Part shown: in pieces, positions 26,719 to 38,739 of the stretch
Numbering within the stretch: the stretch's first letter is position 1
Layout: each line of letters starts with the position of its first letter
Assembly (NCBI GenBank): GCA_038087875.1
Contig: CM075977.1
Coordinates: 90,024,001 to 90,088,000, forward strand
Direction: 5' to 3'
DNA length: 64,000 nt
DNA from: Malacoraja senta
Lineage: Eukaryota
The notes under the pieces: generated by a model
Told to the model about the DNA's origin: nothing
The model's database searches: none
The model's input: the letters and a program-made list of their open reading frames with translations, nothing else
Program-made: the position numbers and the translations under genes

Positions 26719-27221
26719 TTACTAGCGAGCTACCACCTGAAATGAGGCTTGCAAGTGGTCAGCTTGTGGGCGATGACCTATCTTTCCTTACTGCCGGCGA
26801 GATTTCACCTTACATCAATGACCCTTCTGTGAGGTTGTTCCAGTGTGCTGTCTGCAACAGATTTACCTCCGACAGCCTGGAGGCCCTGAGCTTGCATGTG
26901 AACAGTGAACGTTCACTCCCTGAAGAGGAGTGGAAGGCTGTGATTGGAGACGTCTACCAGTGTAAGCTCTGCAACTACAACACTCAGCTGAAGGCCAACT
27001 TTCAACTCCATTGTAAGACAGACAAACACATGCAGAAGTATCAGCTGGTGGCCCACATCAGAGAAGGTGGCAAACCTAATGAATGGAGGCTGAAGTGTGT
27101 AGCTATTGGGAATCCCGTGCATCTGAAATGCAATGCCTGTGACTATTATACTAACAGTGTGGATAAGTTGCGTCTTCATTGCACCAACCATAGGCACGAG
27201 GCAGCAGTCAAGCTGTACAAG
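26719..27221 (+). CDS. ZFHX4: ZFHX4 second coding exon (503 nt)
   Basis: Acceptor ttcttttctctttgcAG at 26717-26718. Phase-1 join G|TT gives ...[20 protein letters not shown]... Contains zinc fingers CAVCNRF..., [46 protein letters not shown]. Donor AAG|GTAAGA after 27221 (phase 0). I found no further ZFHX4 exon in the remaining 37 kb. Confidence 0.96.
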
Positions 27222-29746
27222 GTAAGAACACAAGATCTGATCATTTATATGCATCCAATATTTAGTGCTTCAAAAAAACAATATTTTGTGATGAATCTAA
27301 GTTTGTTGTGATTCGAAATGGCAGAATTGAAAATGATTATATGAAAAATTAAATCAGCCAGCATAATGCAGACCATTATGGCTGTATCCCTTAAAATTCA
27401 AACTGAATGTGCACAATGAAATGGAACTAAAGCATATAGGATTATTTTAATTATATTTAAAATAAATTTAAAATGAGGTACTTGTTTCCAAGACTATGCA
27501 TTTTTAATTGGTTGATAAATGGTATATATTGGAAAGTTTTCAAATTGGCCGTTATTGAGGGCACAGTTGGTTTGTTTATTTTCCCATTATTTGGTCATGT
27601 ATAGCTCTGTGCATGCAGCTAATTGAGTTTTTTTTTTTAAAGCAAACCAGTGTGCCTCAGCAACGAGAAAGGAAGACAGTAGTGATAAGGAATAAAGGTG
27701 TAAATCGGTGAACCATTTGTTCAATGAACTCGTGAAAAAATGGTCTCGTATTAGAACCCTTATTTTTAAGGGATGAAAATATTGACGGGGTAATCTATAC
27801 ATGAAGATTCTACTGCATTATTAGTGATAACAGTCCTAATTTTTACATGTTTGTTTCCCTTCCTCACTTTTTGATGTTGATTACATGATGCTGGCTGGAT
27901 GTGATCTCACTGTATGTTTCTGGGATGTTCTTTCACAACAGGATGTGTTTGTGAAGCCAAACATTTTTAGTCTCAATGAATGAAGCTGGGCACAAAACCA
28001 TGTTTGTCCCACTGTTTGACAAAGAATTTAATAGATAAATTTAGGATATGGTTGTAGTGATGGATATTCCTAATTATACTTCAGAAAAGGAGTACTTGAT
28101 AGGTGTGGCTGACGAATTGCAGCTTTTTGAACTCTTAGACCAAGACATTAATAATTATGCAGAAAAGTGGCTCTTTGGAATGCTGACACTCACAAGATTC
28201 ACCAAAGAGTCATGAAATTATCAATAACTTGAAAGGCCATTGCTGTTTCAACATGTTTACTTGACATCACGAGTTGACCTTCCTGGGGACTGAATGCTCA
28301 GTTGAAAGTGTGATGTTGCTGAAGCTCACTGATATTTTAGAATCATGCCAAGCCGGAAGCATGTGACTGATGTTGGGCCAGTTGTGTGAAGGCAAGTTTG
28401 GTCTTTCATGTATGACACATAAAAAATATATATATAGAGATGATCAGATGATCAGATGATTCTCTTCGAAATTTGTTTCCTGCTAAATGTTGGTGTTTTA
28501 TTTTAAGCTGAGCATTGATTGAGTTGTCTTGATTTACAAAACTTTCAAACTTTAGTAAATGATTGACAACATTCAAATTTATTTTGAAAAATTGTTTTGT
28601 ACAGAAGATTAAAATTCAGAATATATTAGGCACTTGCCAACACCATTAATCATCTTTGACATGCAGAGAATATACAGTAATTATAGAATCCATTCTTCAG
28701 ATCTTATCTGTGTATTCACGTAGGACACCCACTAATAGCAAGATTTATTTAACATTCAGCTGGAATGCCATGAGTATTTGATAGATGTGAAGGTGAGAAC
28801 AGAATCCTATTTTTAATTAGCAAAGTAACAAGATTACAAAATGGGAAAAAAAAATACTTAAAATATGAGGAGATTTTTGAAAATAACAAAAGTTTTTTTA
28901 ACTAATAACAAATCTGCTAGTTTTCATGAAGGTGCTTGCTCTCTTTACAAATCAGCATGTTTAATGTTGCTGAGAAGGTTTTAGAATCATGTCTGGTCAG
29001 CACAAACTAAAGAGTTATTGCAGGTTTATTGACACACAACAGCTGCAAATATCTCATCCATTTTATTGATTCTGCTATTATTTTCCGAGGGTTGTGGCGA
29101 GAGGAATCTTGACAAGCTAAACCCAGAAGGCATAACCATCATGCCAATTATATGACATATGATTTTTTCAAAAATACCGAGCCACAGTAGACTGATATTG
29201 TAGTGTTAGGTTTTAAGCAAGGCCCTCGGGAATGAATGGAAATGGAAAATGGAATTTTTCACAAATGTTTTTCTTAAATTCTCAGCAGAAACATTCAGAA
29301 TCAATGACAGTTCAAAATAATTGTGCACAGAAAGTATGTGCCATAAAAGCTGCAATTAGGGACCTGAGATTTAACCAGAACATAATACTTTAGGGCATTG
29401 GTGATAGTCTAAAGTTTACACTCGCAACTATGTGGAATGGCTGCTGTTTGAGTAGGGAATATTTCTTCCAAGTGAAAACACCCATATAATGCTCAGGGTG
29501 GACAGGGAGAATCCTTGCAGACAGCAGTAGTGATTACAGGTCAGACCTTATATGGGCAAGCTGAAAGCTGTCCTTTTATAATCCCATCAACCTACTGAGT
29601 TTGATTGTGTCTAGTTCAAAAGGCAACAGGTATTGAATTGAAAAGAAAACATTGTAATTCAATTCTCCCCTTAAAGATTCTGGCCTGGATAGAAATTCAT
29701 GAACATCTCAAAGAGGCTGCTCACTAAGCACGCTCATTAAAATACT

Positions 29747-30058
29747 CGGCAAGGTGGCGCAGCGATAGACTTGCTGCCTTACAGCGCCAGAGACCTGGGT
29801 TCAATCCTGAATACGGGTGCTGTCTGTACAGAGTTTGTCCATTCTCCCTGTGACCACGTGGGTTTTCACCGGGAGCTCCGGTTTCCTCCCACACTCCAAA
29901 GATGTACAGGTTTGTAGGTTAATTCGCTTGGTAAAATTGTAAATTGTCCTTAGTGTGTGTAGGATAGTGTTAGTATATGGGGATTGTTCATCGGTGGGGA
30001 CTTGGTGGGCTGAAGGGCCTGTTTCTGCACTGTATCTCTAAACTCAACTTAACTAAAC
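29747..30058 (+). mobile_element. tRNA-derived V-type (HE1-like) SINE
   Basis: Pol III A box (tggcgcagcgatag) and B box (ggttcaatcc), central ctccggtttcctcccaca V-domain motif, and CR1-like tail gaagggcctgtttc..ctgtat. Confidence 0.85.
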
Positions 30059-30102
30059 ATCCCAAAAATTTGTTGAGATGTTCTGGGGTGCATTATTTGA
30101 AG

Positions 30103-30357
30103 ATAAATACAATAAGCTGGAGTAACTCTGCGGGACAGGGAGCATCTCTGGAGAGAAGGAATGGGTGATGTTTCGGGTCGAGACCCTTCAGACTGAAAGT
30201 CACGGGAAGGGGAAACGAGAGATATAGATGATCAGGTAGAGAGATAAAGACCAATGAATAAAAGATATGTTAAAAAAAATAACGCTGATCAAGAAACTGG
30301 CCATTGTTAGCTGTTTGTGGGTGAAAACAAGAAGCTGGTGCGACTTGGGTGGGGGAG

Positions 30358-30401
<44 letters not shown>

Positions 30402-31767
30402 TTAGAGAAATCAATATTCATACCACTGGGCTGTAAGCTGCCCAAGCAAAAAATGAGATGCTGTTCCTCCAATTTGCGTTTAGACTCGCTCTGACAATGG
30501 AGGAGACCGAGGACAGAAAGGTCTGTGTAGGAATGGGAAGGAGAATTAAAGTGTCCAGCAACCGGGAGTTCAAGTAGGTTCAGGCGGGCTGAGAGAAGGT
30601 GTTCATGATGAGGTTGGAGGAGGTGTAAGCGAACGACTGATGGGGTGAAGGTTAAGGAGTAGGGGGACCCTGCCTGTGTTGCGATTAGGGGGAGGGGGAG
30701 CAAGGGCGGAGCTGCAGGGTACTGAGGAGACACTGTACCCCGTGTCCCCCTATCCGTGGCCCTCGCTCGTATCTCCTCGGTACCCCGCAGCTCCATCCTT
30801 GTTTCCCCTCCCCCTAGTCGCAACAGAGACAGAGTCACCCTAGTCCTTACCTTTCACCCCATCAGCCATCGCATACAACACATAATCCTCTGAAACTTTC
30901 GCCACCTCCAACGGGATCCCAACACTAGTCACTTCTTCCCATCTCCACCCCTTTCCGCCTTCTGCAGAGACCGTTCCCTCCGCAACTCCCTGGTTAACTC
31001 ATCCCTTCCCACCCAAACCACCCCCTCCCCAGGTACCTTCCCCTGCAACCGCAGAAGATGCAATACCTGTCACTATACCTCCTCCCTGGACTCTGTCCAG
31101 GGACCCCGACAGTCCATTCAGGCAAGGCAGAGGTTCACTTGCACCACCTCCAACCTCATCTACTGTATCCATTGTTCAGGATGTGGACTCTTATACATCG
31201 GCGAGACCAAACATAGACTGGACGATCGTTTTGCAGAACACCTCCACTCAGCCCGCCTGAACCTACCTGATCTCCTGGTTGCTGGACGCTATAATCCTCT
31301 TTCCCATTCCTACACAGACCTTTCTGTCCTAGGTCTCCTCCGTTGTCAGAGTGAGGCTAAACGCAAATTGGAGGAACAGCATCTCATATTTCGCTTGGGC
31401 ATCTTACAGCCCAGTGGCATGAATATTAATTTCCCTAACTTCAAGAAACCCCGGCATTCCCTCTCTCTCTATCCCTCACCCACCCAAGTCACACCAACTT
31501 CTCGTTTTCACCCAACAAACAGCTAAACATGGCCTGTTTCCTTTATCATCATTACTTTTTTACATATCTTGCATTCATTGTTCTTTATCTCTCTACGTCT
31601 TCGTCTATATCTCTCATTTCCTTTCCCCGTGACTTTCAGTCTGAAGAAGGATCTCGACCCAAAACATCACACATTCCTTCTCTCCATAAAAGCTGCCTGA
31701 CCCGCTGAGTTACTCCAGCATTTTGTGTCTGTCTTCGGTTTAAACCAGCATCTGCAATTCCTTCCTA
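30103..31767 (+). mobile_element. Penelope-like element (Neptune-type GIY-YIG endonuclease remnant) in fold-back configuration, 14-bp TSD
   Basis: Open frame ~30894-31526 reads GTFPCNRRRCNTC...NLIYCIHCSGCGLLYIGETKHRLDDRFAEH...LEEQHLIFRLGILQPSGMN (GIY-YIG with Cys-rich linker). 30103-30732 is an inverted, internally deleted copy of the right arm. tgcattatttgaag occurs at both 30089-30102 and 31768-31781. Confidence 0.9.
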
Positions 31768-32045
31768 TGCATTATTTGAAGTTTCCATTTGACTTGATAT
31801 TTGAGAGTCCTTCAAAGCAAACTTCATGAGGATCTGTGAATTACATAATCTGATGGTTTAACGAGACAACATTTTCAGTGACTTTAGATGATTGTATCAA
31901 GTAGACAATTTCCAACAATCATGGCTTTATCCATGGTTAAAATTATTTATTGTCCAAATCTGTATACATTCTCAATGTGCTATGAACTTACCCAAAATCA
32001 CATTGCTAAAATGTTGATAACAGTCACTAAACATTGACAGAATCT

Positions 32046-32720
32046 CATAGAACATAGTGCAGTATAGCCCAGGTCCGACCCACAGTGTCTAGGCCGAACA
32101 TGATGCCTAGTTTAACTAATCACCTTTGCTCACATGTGATCCATATCACTCCATTCCCTGCATATCTATGTCCCCATCCAAAAGTCTCAAAATGGCACTA
32201 TTGTTCTATTCCTTCACCAGCATCCCTGGAAGCATTTTTCGAGGCAACCATCACTCTCTGAGTGTATAAAACAAAACTTGCTCTGCACAGCTCCGTTAAA
32301 CTTTGCCCCTCTCACCTTAAATCTACGCCCTTTCATCTTTGACATTTCCATTCTGGGAAAAAAAAGGTTCTGACTGTCTATGCTCTCATAATTTAATTTG
32401 CTTCCATCAGACCTCCCCCTCAGCCTCCAACGCTCCAGAGAAAACAATCCAAATTTGTCCAACCTCTCCTTATAGCTAATGCTCTCTAATTCAATCATCA
32501 CATTGGTAAACCTCTTCTGCACTCTCTCTAAAGTCTCCACATACTTCCTTTAAAGGGTCAATCAGAATTGCACGCAATCCTCCAAAGGTGGCCCAATTAA
32601 AGTTTCGTAAAGCTGCAGCGTGCACTCCTGACTCATCTACTCAATGTCCCGACCTAAGAAGGCAAGCATACCATATGCCTTCTTTCCCACTCTATCTATT
32701 TGTGTTGCTGGATAACATTC
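32046..32720 (-). mobile_element. CR1/HER1-type LINE 3' fragment
   Basis: Minus ORF LERVQKRFT...SYKERLDKFGLFSLERWRLRG is typical of the CR1 ORF2 C-terminus. Confidence 0.85.
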
Positions 32721-33844
32721 AGAAAGATCCCACTATGCTCCATAACTGTGCCCCTTGACACAGTCCCAATAAAATTCAAGAGACACATGACAGCAAGAGA
32801 ATCTCTTGGGAGACACCATCAACTGCAGATTCTGACCGAAGGATCCCCTTCGGATTCATCCACAGAGATTTTGCATTCCAAGAATTTGCACTTCCTGACC
32901 AAATGCTGTGTTGCTTTCAATGCAAATCAGTGTAATTTTGTCCTTTTTTAATTCAGTGGATGCTGATTTTTGGCGTCTCTGTATCAATATACAGTCAAAC
33001 ACAACAGGGTATTATTAAAAAACTTTTGTCAACCCTTGACTGTCCTTTAAAAACAGTTAGTAATACTGCTTGAAATTCTCCTCTAAATCAACGCACATTT
33101 TAGTATAAATATTCTCAAGTAGATTATGAGCACTCTTCCACCAAGAGTATGTAACAAAAATATCCGCGAACCCAATCCAGGGTATTTTCTCCTCAGTGCA
33201 TTCCATAAGATTTCCAATTGATACAGCACAGCCCACAAAAATGTTCCTTCTGACACGCCCCAAGAAAGATTCCTCTTCAATGCACTCCAGATTTATTTCC
33301 TCCTTAGAACCACTTGAGGATCTCCCTTTACGTAAATTCCAAAAGGGTTGGCCTTTCGAGCAAACTACATCAAGATTTCTCTTTGGAAACACTTCATGAG
33401 AATTTCCTGTTACGGAAACTTGATTTAAATATTTTCATTAAGAGTCCTAACTCTTCCCGGGAAAATCACCACTATTTAAAAAAAATACAAAAATAAAAAA
33501 AATTCTTTAGGATTGCCTGCCCCATTGTTATCTCTTTCCTGACTCCTGCAACCATCTTTTATCCATTGGGGTTTTTTTATTATCAAAACCAGTATATCCA
33601 TGGGAATTCCTCAGTAACAGTCAATACATTCAGAAGTAGCGTAAATTGACAAATAAGATTCTGGTTCTAATGCTTTTCCTGGTTCGCATTCTCAGGTAAA
33701 AAAGACTGACTTTCTAACAGTTGATATCACAGTTCAATTACTAAAATACACCAAGGAAAGCTTGGGGTAAATTTAGACACAAGGGACTGCAGATGCTAGT
33801 TTACAAAAAAAAGACAGACACTATTGTAGTAACTCAGTGGGTTA

Positions 33845-35196
33845 AAGGCCTGTCTCACGGATTTGCGGTCATTGGCGGTGAAGCAGGAAGTTTCTACCGC
33901 TCGTGGACCGCCAGAGACCGCGGGTTCGGTCAAACGCACACCGCCGGGGCCGTGCGGTGTTGGTCCCAACACCACACGGTGCTCACAAAAAACCAACAAT
34001 GTCTAAAATTAACAACCCCACTCTCACTATTGACGGCACCACTGTCTCCCCATCTCCTCAGGCACGCAACCTTGGTGTGATCTTTGACTCGACCCTCTCC
34101 CTTGAGCCTCACATCCGCCATGGTGTCAAAACATCATTTTTTCACCTCCGCAACATTGCCAAAATCAGATCCTCTCTCACACCCCCCGCTGCTGAAAGAC
34201 TCATCCATGCCTTCATCTCCTCCCGACTGGACTACTGTAACTCTCTTTTCTTTGGAATCAATTCCAGCAGCATCAACCGACTCCAACTGGTCCAGAATGC
34301 AGCCGCTCGACTCATTACCCACACCAAATCCTGGCACCACATCACCCCAGTTCTCAAAGAACTTCACTGGCTTCCCATTTCCCACCGGATCACCTACAAA
34401 ATCCTGGTCCTCACCTACAAAGCCCTTAACAACTTCGCCCCCCCCTTATCTCACTGACCTCCTCTCCCCCTACCAACCCTCACGGTCCCTCAGATCCACA
34501 TCAGCTGGTCTCCTCTCCACTCCGAAATCAAACCTCTGCACTTTTAGAGGCAGAGCCTTCTCCAGGGCAGCTCCCAGGCTCTGGAACTCCCTCCCACAAC
34601 TGGTCCGAAATTCTGAGTCCCTCACCATCTTCCAGTCCCGCCTCAAGACCCATCTCTTCACCTCTGCATACCCTTAGTCCCATGTTCCCCTCCCCTTTGC
34701 ATCTCTGTCTTACTGCTCTATTTTGTTTTGTTTATTCTTGACTCTCAATGTAAAGCGACTTTGAGTCCTGAAAAGCGCTATATAAATAAAATCTATTATT
34801 ATTATTATTATTAATAAAAATATTTTCCTACCGCACAGCCGCCGCCAGTGAGGCACGAGTGCGGCACGGGCAATGCCTCAGCTGCCGCCAGTGCGGCACG
34901 AGCGCTGACACGGCAACTTTCGCCGCCACAGCCGCCGCCAGTGTGGCACGGGCATCGCCAGAGCGCCGCGATCAGCACTACCGCCGCCACAGCCCCGCGA
35001 TCCGAAATGACGTCATCGCGTAGCGTTGCGCGATGACGTCATCACCCGACGCCGCAAGCTCGTGGAACCGGCCGTACGGAGATCACTCGGCCCCCGCGCA
35101 GCATCCGTGCGGCGCTCTCGCGGTTGTCGTGCGGTCCCCTCTTCCGGCGACGCCGCGCTTCACCGCCAATGACCGCAACACCGTGAGACAGAGCCT
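33845..35196. mobile_element. PIF/Harbinger-type MITE, TTA TSD, containing an L2 insertion
   Basis: ~38-bp TIRs aaggcctgtctcacggatttgcggtcattggcggtgaagc / gcttcaccgccaatgaccgcaacaccgtgagacagagcct; TTA at 33842-33844 and 35197-35199. Confidence 0.88.
34008..34812 (+). mobile_element. Young L2 LINE, 5'-truncated
   Basis: ARNLGVIFD...LIHAFISSRLDYCNSL...LQLVQNAAARL...LHWLPI...RAFSRAAPRLWNSLP...FQSRLKTHLF with a single frameshift in a C run (~34440); 3' UTR ends in (TAT)n. Confidence 0.93.
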
Positions 35197-35444
35197 TTAG
35201 GCAACATCACTGAAGAATGTGGATAGGTGACGTTTCGGGTCTGAAGAAGGGTCCAGACCCGAAACATCAACTATCCATGTTCCCTGGGAAATGCTGCCTG
35301 TCCCGCTGAGTTATTTCAGCACTTTGTGTCTTTTTGGGGGTAATGTTAATACATAAATTTGTGGAGAATGACATTTACTGTGGAGAAAGACATGAGGACT
35401 GGGGAACTTGAGGCAGTCAATAGAAGTTTCTTGAGAGCAGTCGG

Positions 35445-35798
35445 TTCTTAGGCCCCCTTCAGTCATGGCTGTGGGGGACGCCAGTGCGTGACTTTGTTTA
35501 ACGTGGGGAGACTGGTGCACAGACAGATCTGGATCGGGATCCAGTGGCATGGAGTCCAAGACGACCTTTTCTGCTGCAGCCTTCATCCGCCTTCCCAGCC
35601 GTTGTGACGCTCCACTAAGGTCAGCCATAGTCCTCCGCCTGTTCCACCGTTGAGGTCTTGGATCGATTGCTCTTTGTCAGAGTCCTCCCCCTCGACCTTA
35701 GCACCATGGGTGGCCCTACCAGGAGCATAGCTCCAGACGGCATTGATCTCAGGACGACACAAGCTTCTCCACCACGACAACGTGACAATCCACGGAGA
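35445..35798 (-). mobile_element. Short RTE (Expander/Rex3-like) non-autonomous derivative
   Basis: Minus strand begins gtcacgttgtcgtggtggagaagcttgtgt...gctatgctcctggtagggccacccatgg...gacaaagagc, resembling RTE/Expander 5' UTRs as I recall them. Confidence 0.55.
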
Positions 35799-35819
35799 AT
35801 TACAGTCGAAAAGGTGTTT

Positions 35820-37503
35820 ATGGTCTGATGTGCATGACAGGTAGACAAATCTCCCAGGCCTGATCAGATATACCTGAAGATACTGAGGCAAACTAGAGAG
35901 GAGATTGCAGGTGCGCTGGCTGAGATTTACAAGTTGTAATTAAATACAGGTGAGGTGGCGGAAGACTGGAGGGTGGCAAATGTTGTGCCTCTTTTCAAGA
36001 GCGGCTGCAGGGAAAAGCCTGGAAACTACAGGCCAGTGAGTCTAACATCTGTGGTAGGAACGTTACTGGAGAATATCCTGAGGGATAAGAGATACATGCA
36101 TTTTAATGGCAGGGGCTGATTAGGAATAGTCAGCATTGTTGTGTATGTGGGAGGTCGTGTCTCACAAGTATGAGTTTTTTGAAGATGTTACCAAAAAGGT
36201 TAAATAGGGCAGATTTGTAGGCATTGTATATATGGATTTCAGCAAAGCATTTGACAAGGCTCTGCATGGTAGGCAGCTCTGGATGGTTAGATTGCATGAG
36301 ATCCAAGGTGAGATAGCTGAATGGATAGAAAATTGGCTTCATGGAAGAAAGTGTGGGGAAATAGTAGGGGCCGGTGACTAGTGGTGTGCCTCGGGGTTCG
36401 GTGTTGGGCCCATTGCTGTTTGTCATTTATATCAATGATTTGGAAGAGAACGTACGCGTGATTAGCAAGTTTGTAGATGACACGAAAGTGGGTGATATTG
36501 TAGATGGTGAAGATGGCTGTCAGAAATTGTAGCAGGATCTTGATCGATTGGGCAGGTGGGCTGAGGAATGGTTGCTGGAATTACATACAGAAAAAAGTGA
36601 GGTGTTGCGTTTTGGGAAGTGTAACATGCACGGGACCTACACGGTGAATGGTAGGACTCTGGGGAGTGTTATAGAGCAGAGGGATCTAAGCGTACAAGCA
36701 CATGGTTCCTTGACAGGTAGATGGGGTGGGGCCAAAAGGCCGCCATCAGTCAGAGAAAAGGAATAGACGATGTTTCGGGTTGAGACACTTCTTCAGTCTC
36801 GACCCCCAAACGCCACCTATTCCTTTCTCCAGAGATGCTGTCTGACCCGCTGAACTACTCCAGCATTTTGTGTCTATCTTCGGTTTAAACAAGCATCTGC
36901 AGTTCCTTCCTACACATACTGAGTATAACATTTGGGAGGTCATGCTGCAGTTATATAAGACGTTGGTGAGACCACATTTGGAGTATTGTGTTCAGTTTTG
37001 GGCACCATGCTATAGGAAAGATGTTGTCAAGCCGCAAAGCGTGCCTGGAAGATTTACGAGGATGTTGCCAGGACTCGAGGGCCTGAGCTACAGAGAGAGG
37101 TTGAGGAGGCTAGGACTATGTTTCTTGGAGGATGAGGGTTAATCTTATAGAGGTGTACAAAATCATGAGAGTAATAGATCAGATAAATGCACAGTCTTAT
37201 GCCCAGAATAGGGGAAGCGAGAATCAGAGGATATCGGTTTAAGGTGAGGGAGGAAAGATTTAATTGGAACCCGAGGGGTAATCTTTTTACATAAAGTGTA
37301 ATGGATGTATGAACCGGAGGATGTAGTTGAGGCAGATACTATTGCAATATTTACGAAACATTTAGACATGTACGTGGATAGGATAGATTTAGAGGGATAT
37401 GGGCTAAACGCTGGCAGGTGGGGCTAGTATAGATGGGACATGTTGGTCGGTGTGGGCAAGTTGGGCCCAAGTGCCTGTTTCCACATTGTATGACTATGAC
37501 TCT
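35820..37503 (+). mobile_element. CR1 LINE RT/3' fragment with a nested Penelope mini fold-back (~36748-36915)
   Basis: WRVANVVPLFK...PGNYRPVSLTSVVG, YMDFSKAFDK, SGVPRGSVLGPLLF, LYKTLVRPHLEYCVQFWAP; tail ends tatgactatgactct. Confidence 0.9.
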
Positions 37504-38739
37504 AAACCAAGCCCAGTCATGCAGTATGGCACATTCATGTGCAATGTCTTCCTTCCCTTCAGCTTACTCATTTTTATCAGCGATCAAATATTATTTAATA
37601 CTTTGGGAGAAATTCTGCTCAGTAAATTTTACCCTATTAAAATGGTAATTGTGCAAACAAACCAAATGTGGAAACTTTGTACGAACAATGAAGATTTGTG
37701 TGCACTCTTTGCCAATCAAAAATGCTACACTGTACTGTGAAATGTATTACTTAAATGTAATCCATGATGTAAAGTGCAATGAAATTAATATAAACCATTG
37801 AGTCTTCTGGCAATAATTATAAAGCATTAAACATGGAACCAATGAAGTAAGAAAACAACCAATACATTATTATTCTTAAAAGAGTAGCACTTCAATCCAA
37901 AGAAATCAAAGGCTGTACCAATATACAGATGGAGAACCTGTTTTAGTCATGATCGGGAAGGGGATGGTGTGGGAGATGATGGGGGTTGGGGAAAGTCTGC
38001 TGCCAGCACCTGTTTTCAGTTAATTCTATTAACACAAGCGCATACGCAACCATGTGTGTGTGTGTGAACATGTGTGTGTTTCTGTTCAACTATCATGGCA
38101 TCATTATTAAAATCATACGCCATCAAAAGCTCACCAGCATTTCCTCCAAACTGCAGGTGTACGATGATGCAGCTGGAGCCGAGTTTGGGGATGACAAAGA
38201 GAACCTTATATAGTGCAATCTGAGGAAAACTGACAGGCATTTCCATTTCAGAGTTTTCCGACAGAGTATAGGCAATAAAACCGTATATGGACTGAAAGAA
38301 AGTTGCATATAATTTGAGGATTGGCTTTATGGTCAAAGAGAATTTAAATCTTAACGGAAAGAGTATGGGTGTAGTAAGCCCCTGACTGGCAGGTTTTATT
38401 GCAGCAACAAGTTGTACAGTACTTTGAAGTGCAAAGCCAAACCCTCTGTATCTGTAACTACATTTTAAAATAACATATTCGGCCACTAGCTGTAAATCTC
38501 GGAGTCTTTTTGGTTTGAAGGAGACATCTAAAATGATTTGAAAGATTAGTCATCCACTAAGTTTACAAGCTGCCCTAAATTGATGTGGTATCCACGCACT
38601 GAAATGGAATTTTGAATTATTTTTGTTAATCATTTAGGCTGGTTGGTGTAAGTTGGCCAGTGGTAACTTGACTAGTAGTTAGAGCAGAAAAGCCTAAGAG
38701 CCTATTTTTGTGATTGTTGGAGTTGGTTACTGCCTGGTA

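Larger units (their letters stand above)
33773..35335. mobile_element. Penelope-derived mini fold-back element (33773-33844 + 35200-35335) split by a Harbinger MITE
   Basis: Removing the MITE restores aactcagtgggttaggcaacatc...gacgtttcgggtctgaagaagggtccagacccgaaac...gagttatttcagcac. Confidence 0.8.

Noticed and set aside
22620-27254. Antisense and alternate-frame ORFs over the ZFHX4 exons
   Set aside because: Shadow ORFs of the coding strand with no independent protein signature.
29747-29830. tRNA-like A/B boxes (also at 45031, 52060-52115, 58836)
   Set aside because: These are SINE heads followed by a V-domain and LINE tail, not tRNA genes.
33150-33300. Resemblance of FLGRVRRN...GNLMECTEEK to a Gla-domain propeptide
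   Set aside because: Lacks the conserved ExxxExC spacing, paired Glu residues and FW motif; likely chance.
33903-34677. 184-aa and 197-aa ORFs as host genes
   Set aside because: Frameshifted halves of an L2 ORF2 C-terminus with starts borrowed from flanking MITE sequence or another frame.
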